From: Flectonema sp. DT1601
Taxonomy: Eukaryota
NCBI GenBank assembly: GCA_964019425.1
Contig: OZ025781.1
Location: 124,001-188,000, forward strand
Direction: 5' to 3'
DNA length: 64,000 nucleotides
Part shown: one piece after another, positions 58,294 to 64,000 of the stretch
Numbering within the stretch: position 1 is the first letter of the stretch
Layout of the letters: each line of letters starts with the position of its first letter
The notes under the pieces: generated by a model
The model's database searches: none
What the model saw: only the letters and a program-made list of their open reading frames with translations
Told to the model about the DNA's origin: nothing
Program-made: the position numbers and the translations under genes

Positions 58294-59367
58294 TTACATC
58301 ATCCTGTTTGGAATGTAGGAAGTGTTTTGTAGTCTGCGAAGTCCATCGTTCTCAACTTCAAGTGTTTTAATGTATTCAGACAACACTTGCTTCTCTCTCT
58401 CAATGACCGCGCAAGCCTTCGTCGCTTCGGCAAACTTCGTCCAATCAACTTTCATTGCCTGGCACCGTTCTTTCATTTTCTCGTAGCGGGATTCGAGTTT
58501 TCTGACTGAAGTTGCATCCGGTTGAGACAGCATGGAGGTGTCTATTGCGCGTCTTTTTTTACCACCGCCGTGGATGTGGGGATCGAGTGGACGGACTGGA
58601 TGGGTCTTCATAAGACCACCACTGTGAACTCTTTCAGAACAAATAGAACACATTCGACCTCTACAAAGTGTACAAACAACTTCAGCAGGTCGTTGAAGAC
58701 AATCTTCACACAGAGGTCGAGTACCAAGTGGTGCGATTGTTGCTGTTTGTGTTTGATGTTGGACGTCATCTTGAGCAGACAGCTCTTGTTGGATTCGAAG
58801 GCGTTCTGCCTCAGCGTACTCTGACAACATGTTGTCTCTATCTTTGATTGCTGATGTTGTTAGATGCTGTGATTTTACGATAGTCTCAGCCAATGCTGTT
58901 ACTTCTTCTTGAGTGCTGTGTTCTTTTGATTTAAATATCTGAAGCTCAAGTTCGTGACGAGACTCCATTTGTTTCATTCTGTCATTAGCAGCCTCCACTG
59001 CTTCATGAATACCTCTTTTGACTAAAAGTTGCTCAAGTCTGGCACTTGCGATTTCCGCATCTTTGCGTGCAGTTGCTGCCAGCAGTCCAAGATTCTCAAT
59101 AAGCCCAACTGCGAGTAAATTTGTTCCCTTGAATTGCGTAGACGAAGGCGTCCAAATGCAACCAAACGGCATCAGCATTTCATTATCGTTTGGGAACATG
59201 GATATTTTTTGAAGGTGTCTTCCGTGCTTCAAGTTCGATACCGTGACAGGTTGATTTTCAAGACCAGCTGCTCCCAAAGGGGAGCCCCTGGTTAGAATAT
59301 TACGATCTAAAGTCGCAGAAGTAAGCCCAACATTAACAACAGGGTACTCAACATCAACAACAGCCAT
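58294..59367 (-). CDS. Coiled-coil protein with a B-box zinc finger
   Basis: CEDC...VVCTLC...CSICSERVH...KTH B-box pattern flanked by coiled coils. Confidence 0.75.
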   Translation of the reverse strand: MAVVDVEYPVVNVGLTSATLDRNILTRGSPLGAAGLENQPVTVSNLKHGRHLQKISMFPNDNEMLMPFGCIWTPSSTQFKGTNLLAVGLIENLGLLAATARKDAEIASARLEQLLVKRGIHEAVEAANDRMKQMESRHELELQIFKSKEHSTQEEVTALAETIVKSQHLTTSAIKDRDNMLSEYAEAERLRIQQELSAQDDVQHQTQTATIAPLGTRPLCEDCLQRPAEVVCTLCRGRMCSICSERVHSGGLMKTHPVRPLDPHIHGGGKKRRAIDTSMLSQPDATSVRKLESRYEKMKERCQAMKVDWTKFAEATKACAVIEREKQVLSEYIKTLEVENDGLRRLQNTSYIPNRMM

Positions 59368-59482
59368 TGGGTAGTTATTTAGTTAGTATCATTAATTTTA
59401 GAACAGAAAAGTGAGAATAAGAAAAGTAGAGATCAATAAAAGAAAAGTATTCATTTCTGCAGTTTCCTAACATCAAAGGGTA

Positions 59483-59569
59483 ATAGAATATGTAGTTTCA
59501 GGCCTTAATCTTATACTACTTGTCCCTTTTTAGGCCTTCATCAGTAAGTTCTAAGGGACTTCATTCTAT
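59483..59569 (-). ncRNA. Candidate non-circularly permuted hammerhead ribozyme
   Basis: CUGAUGA 59544-59538; stem II AGGCCU/AGGCCU; GAAA 59499-59496; stem III GUAGU/ACUAC; GUA site; stem I CUUA/UAAG; extra 7-bp stems GUCCCUU/AAGGGAC and AUAGAAU/AUUCUAU. Confidence 0.65.
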
Positions 59570-59648
59570 GTTGAAGTTGCTATCGTTCAAAGATAAAAAT
59601 CCATCGGAGCTCGCCAGGATAGGGCTAGCAATGTTTATTTGCTTTTGC

Positions 59649-60458
59649 TCAATTTGAATTTTTGACGTCTGGTCGTTTCACTATTACAGTCGAGTTAATG
59701 GATGAGTCGTCATCCAATTTCCGTTTTACTTTATCATCGCATACCATCAAAGGTCCTATATTCGCAGGTGTCATTGTAACATCCATATCAGTCTGAGCTT
59801 TTAATGGTATCATATGGAAACTATATTCTGTAGTTTGGTACATCTTGTCAAAATGGTCGAAAGGGAGTCTTAAATCTTTTGTGCCTTTAAGAATGTCTCG
59901 GATGATCATGGACTCAAATGAGACTAGCGCAACAATAAAGTGAGTCATCCTTGTTTTCGCTTTATGCAGACTAAGTGCTGCGGCTGCTTCAGGATAATCG
60001 AAATCTGCAGGGTTAACGAAGTACTCAATTCTCCTGTTGAATTTAGTCATGCAAGCCATGTTAAGTACTTGTAGCGAGAACCAACCATCTGGTGATGGTT
60101 TATGCTCTGAGTTGTTCGGTTCTACTTTAAGAGATTCTTCATAAAATCGCTGTTGGTAGTTTTGCAGAAAACTGAAGTTAATTCTATCGATATATAAATG
60201 ATCTGCAATGAAGTTGAGCGCTGCCCATCCGCATTCTCCACCGAGAAGACCTTCTCCTGATGTTTGATGTAGGGATGGTGGAAATCGTTTATCCAAGGAA
60301 TGGCTTGTAGAGCCCGTATGGTTAATTGTATCCTTTTCGATGCTTAATGGGACTTTGTGACTAAACTTCTCAAAAGTAAGGTTGATACGTCGACGCATTG
60401 CAGCTGCTGTATTACCATCATCAATGTGAGAGCTAATGAAGCGGCTGCTCTGATATTG
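59649..60458 (-). CDS. Josephin-like (ataxin-3/JOSD, papain-fold) cysteine protease domain, probable frameshifted C-terminus of the RT ORF
   Basis: ECGWAALN (Cys 60231-60233), DGWFSLQVLNMA, His 59940-59942, Asp 59895-59897 15 residues later, EYSFHMI; frame open from 60458 and overlapping the RT frame. Confidence 0.65.
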   Translation of the reverse strand, partial: QYQSSRFISSHIDDGNTAAAMRRRINLTFEKFSHKVPLSIEKDTINHTGSTSHSLDKRFPPSLHQTSGEGLLGGECGWAALNFIADHLYIDRINFSFLQNYQQRFYEESLKVEPNNSEHKPSPDGWFSLQVLNMACMTKFNRRIEYFVNPADFDYPEAAAALSLHKAKTRMTHFIVALVSFESMIIRDILKGTKDLRLPFDHFDKMYQTTEYSFHMIPLKAQTDMDVTMTPANIGPLMVCDDKVKRKLDDDSSINSTVIVKRPDVKNSN

Positions 60459-61888
60459 TCAGATTTATAGCCCCGGTTGAGTAATCTATAAGTTACCGCT
60501 TCAAGTTCCTGTAAAAAATCTGCCTGGTTGTTGCAGATTTTTAAAGCTCGTAAGATCATGGTGGTAAAGATACCTGAACCCATTGATTCTTGAGCTGCGG
60601 AATGCTGATGGGTAAACCTTGTTGGCGTAATATGCCAACCCCTGGCTTTGTCGTTAACACTTAAACGAATCCATCGTTTATTTGTGCTAGTGATCTCTAT
60701 TCGGATACGAATTCCTATATAAGAGACATCATCGATATTATTCGAAGTATCAGTGTAATCCATTGAGTATAGACTTGCTGGTGGAGGGTCACAACTCCAG
60801 GTGAGGAAGTCGTCGATGTATCTACACGACTGGTCATGTTGCCGAGCTAAGTCTAGATTTTTTGCTTCAATTAAAGAATCGATATATGCGGATTCAACTC
60901 TATAGCAGTAGAGATTTGCTATATCGCTACTGGCGTTGCCACCCATTGGAATGCCTATTGTTTGTCTCCAAATATAACCTCTTAATGCAATAAAGGAGGA
61001 GTCAATACAGAATTCAAGTAATTTTTGACATTCTGCAAGCGCAAGAGACGGGAATCGTGTAGGGTCACTCGATTCAAGACGTAAGATATTTTTGAAACTA
61101 AAGGCTTCTTGCAGTGCTTCACTTACTTTAGTTTTAATAGCGTTGTGTGGTAGGCGGGTGTACATTGTTGTAAAATCAAAAGTCTTCGGGGATAATTTTT
61201 TCAAAACCATCAAATTCTGTTTAATCGAACTAGAGACTTCATCATCTGATTCCACAATCCAGTATCGTTTGAACCGTGAATGCATATCTTTCTCTTTTAA
61301 TATAGTCATCGCATTTTTAAGGATACTAGAGAGATGTTGGTGCGCATATGTTGTTGCTGTAGCGGGTGCAAGATTATGATCCTTATCGTATTGTCGTTGT
61401 TCCGCTGTACCCGTGAAGGATGAGACACCAGTAATCCATCTCATCCCGATAGCTGATTTGTGTAATTTAATCATTCCATATAGGTGTGGGAGTCGATCAG
61501 AGTGGCGGGCATTGATTGAAATGTTCATGTTCTTGAGGTTGGCTAGTAGAGTTGGTTCGTCTGATGTGATGCGTTCATAAGAATCACTTTGTAGCTGCTC
61601 TCGAAGTAAAAGCAAATAATTTAATTTACACATGTAACCAATATCGTGCTGTCCTTTGTCAACTTTAAGAAATACAAACTGAGATTGAAGATTCTGAAGT
61701 TCAGTCCATGCTTTATTTGATAATGGTGAGTCAAGAAAGCTTAAGTCTTTACTTAATTTAAGCTGCAATTGTTTAAGAATTGTGTTTTTAAAGATCGATT
61801 TAAAGTTATCGCCAACGTTCTTGTATGCGTGAGTTATATATTCAGTAATATCATTTTCAAGTGATTCTAATGCAGCTGATGGGTGCAC
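60344..61888 (-). pseudogene. Penelope-like reverse transcriptase with C-terminal helical (thumb/HTH) region, lacking its N-terminus
   Basis: KVDKG...YMCK, LPHLYGMIKLHK, FDFTTMYTRLPH, QTIGIPMGGNAS..IANLY, RYIDD (YIDD 60809-60820), RALKICN...EL...RGY; no ATG at the 5' end and an in-frame stop just upstream. Confidence 0.88.
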
Positions 61889-62162
61889 TGGGTTAGTTAT
61901 TTAATCCAACGTTACTGTATATTATGAGTGCTAGGTAACTCACAGTAACAGAGGACCCAATCCGTAGCCATATCCGAAGATTTCGCATGGATTGTTGAAG
62001 TAGCATCGACTGAAGATTAATAAATACCAATCTCCAGCTTTCCGCCTCGCCTAGCTTATTAAACTATCGAACTAAAAAAAAAAAAAAAATAATAATAATA
62101 ATAATAATAATAAATTACACTGATAATATACTAAAGCACTCGTAGAGCATTAGAAATTAACG

Positions 62163-62903
62163 CTAGGTTGGCAGCAGCCATTTATTTGAATCGAACCACA
62201 CTGGATCGATCCGAGAAAACTTAGAAGACCTAATCTTCTCCAGGAATGAATTAAAATGTTGGTTTTTGTTTTTATCCGAATTCAAGAAACAGTATATCTC
62301 CAAGTCCCACAAATGGTCGTAGACTTTTTCGATTTCATTTGCGTTATAAACTTCTGAGATCAGTTTTCTGACTTCCTCCTTACACTTCGAATCAAGTGTG
62401 GTAACAGTGGAATGAACGGACAAATATTTGACAAGGCGTTGTCGAGGGACCGCTCGACGTAACGGGAAGCTGTCGTGTAGGCTCCGGAGGTCATTCAAGA
62501 GCGATATGAGAGCCAACTGGTTTTCAGTAGCAAAAAACTTGTGTAGATGTTGACCCACATCCTCATCTTGATCATTAAATGCCATCTGTGGGAAGTGAAT
62601 TTGAACAAACATCTTAGTCTCCGGACATTTCGATAGTAAATGGTGAGTATCTGTATCTCTTTTATTACAGAAGAGACAGTTTGATAATCCCTTTCTTGGT
62701 TGCTTCACAAGCGGATGGTGTCCAGTCCTGAGGCGGGCGATTTGCATTTCTCCCTCACGGTTAAGATCTGGGTGGAAGCGTTGAGCACCTCTGCCCATTG
62801 TCGATAAAGAGTGCACATGTGATGTACTGCGCTGCTCGTACCAGTTTCTTCGGATTTTATTATTCACTGAACATTGGGTCATCCTGTAGTCAAACTTGAC
62901 CAC
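62163..62903 (-). mobile_element. 3' fragment of a non-LTR retrotransposon ORF (Ingi/I-group-like) with CCHC zinc knuckle
   Basis: IARLRTGH...CLFC...DTHHLLSKCP is the typical post-RT/RNase H motif of such LINEs; no RT upstream in the window. Confidence 0.7.
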
Positions 62904-63028
62904 TGTTAAGAAAAGGAATGATTTCCAACTTTAATAATAAAAAAAATAAAATAAAAAAGGAAATTTAACAGTAGATGTTCAATATCTACAACAGTTGCCC
63001 GAAGTCAGTCTTTTTTCGTCAAAAAATT

Positions 63029-63250
63029 TCAAACGACGAAACATAAGAAACGCTGATACCTGTTCGAAGATATCAGGGGAGGGGTGACTCTGATGGCAAC
63101 ATTGATGGGAAACAAAAAGGTCGAATCACAAAACTCAAAACACGCAAATGAATTGAACGAAACATGCAAACTGAAAACCCGCAGATTTGTATTTTCATTT
63201 AAACTACTCAAATAATCCAGTCTTGGTTTTATTTTCGTCAAGTTGTGATT
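63029..63250. repeat. Dispersed repeat module (also ~28735-28930, ~37650-37780, ~50035-50110; partial ~33880 and ~43235)
   Basis: Shared aaacataagaaacgctgatacctgttcgaagatatcaggggaggggtgactctgatggcaacat. Confidence 0.85.
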
Positions 63251-63645
63251 ACATGAAATGCGGGTAACATTTGGTCATTAATCATCACGGCAAACAAAAT
63301 AATTTAGACTAGCGTTGCTCGGAAGGATTATTCTCAGCTGCTTGTCTAGAGACTAACAGGTTCAAAACAACAAAGAAAGGAAAGAAATGATCGAAAACCC
63401 GCAGATTTGTATTTTCTTTTAAACTATTTTGTTATCCCAGTACTTTTCACATAATCAAGTTTTGGTTTTATTTCGTCAAGTCGTGATTACATGAAATGCG
63501 GGGAAATCTGAATTTTATTTTCATTTTCCCCATCGGGATATTAAACATCGCGGCAAAGTTTTCATAGCTTCGGTCGGAAGGATTACTCCCAGCTGCTTGT
63601 CTAGAGACTAACAGGTTGAAAACAACAAAGAAAGGAAAGAAATGA
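63172..63645. repeat. Local imperfect tandem duplication (~220-250 bp)
   Basis: gaaaacccgcagatttgtattttc at ~63173 and ~63393; cagctgcttgtctagagactaacaggtt twice. Confidence 0.8.
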
Positions 63646-64000
63646 TCAGAAGAGGGTAACCTGATACTACATCATTGGGAGGAAAGAGAAGGGAGTAATA
63701 ACTAAAAATGAAAAAAAAAAAAAATTAAAATTAAAATATCTTTTAGATTCCTTTATCTAAAACCTTTTCATTCATGAAATAATCACATATGTGTAATAAA
63801 GCCATTCACCTCCCAAAGTATTAATACCGTCGTAAAGGATTTATCATAGCCTATAAAATAAGAACCACACGAATAACTATAACAATCTGTAAGGAATAGA
63901 ATCAAAAGGAATCTTAAATAAGACCACACAGTCTTAACTGCTCCGGACCTCGACCGGAAATGGGAATTAAAAAAAAAAAATGAAATCAATACCAATTTTA

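Larger units (their letters stand above)
59382..61888 (-). mobile_element. 5'-truncated Penelope-like retroelement (Naiad/Chlamys-like RT) with Josephin-like domain and 3' hammerhead-like ribozyme
   Basis: RT, protease and ribozyme motifs listed separately; flanked by tgggtagttattta (59368-59381) and tgggttagttattta (61889-61903). Confidence 0.8.

Noticed and set aside
59483..59569. Reading the ribozyme as a conventional type III hammerhead cleaving at GUC (59559-59557)
   Set aside because: Stem III could form with mismatches, but CCUUAGAACUUA cannot form stem I, and GUCCCUU pairs better with AAGGGAC.
60344..60458. Programmed -1 frameshift between RT and Josephin
   Set aside because: No clear slippery heptamer, and the element is already truncated, so a disabling indel is simpler.
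29285..61888. Diversity-generating retroelement (RT near variable genes)
   Set aside because: The RT is Penelope-type, there is no template/variable repeat pair, and variation is patchwise across whole genes rather than adenine-specific.
61930..62000. GAAAUC-UUCG-GAUA resembling hammerhead stem III
   Set aside because: No CUGANGA with matching stems I and II nearby.

Overview
AT-rich eukaryotic DNA with many homopolymer runs. Every credible gene is on the minus strand, has no obvious coding intron, and several have a polypyrimidine tract plus AG just upstream of the ATG. This layout suggests polycistronic transcription with trans-splicing, as in euglenozoans (diplonemid/kinetoplastid-like; inference). 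1-26.7 kb holds single-copy genes: a CDKN3/KAP-like phosphatase with a long repeat N-terminus, a PhyH-type dioxygenase, a PDZ-like protein, a PEX11-family protein, a myristoylated TPR protein, WASHC4, a triple-WW protein, a tandem DUF3431-like protein and a UBL-UBL-SAM protein. 26.7-55.1 kb is a mosaic tandem array of membrane-anchored S41 (CPAF-like) peptidases (4 intact, 1 frameshifted, 1 5'-truncated), embedded in shuffled repeat modules and bracketed by ~935-bp direct repeats. 56-64 kb holds a frameshifted DUF3431-like paralog, a B-box protein, a 5'-truncated Penelope-like retroelement and a LINE 3' fragment. The standout is the Penelope-like element. Its RT is followed by a Josephin-like cysteine protease domain, its 3' UTR folds into a candidate non-circularly permuted hammerhead ribozyme (order CUGAUGA, cleavage site, GAAA), and it is flanked by imperfect 14/15-bp direct repeats. 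All assignments come from reading motifs by eye; no database searches or folding programs were run.
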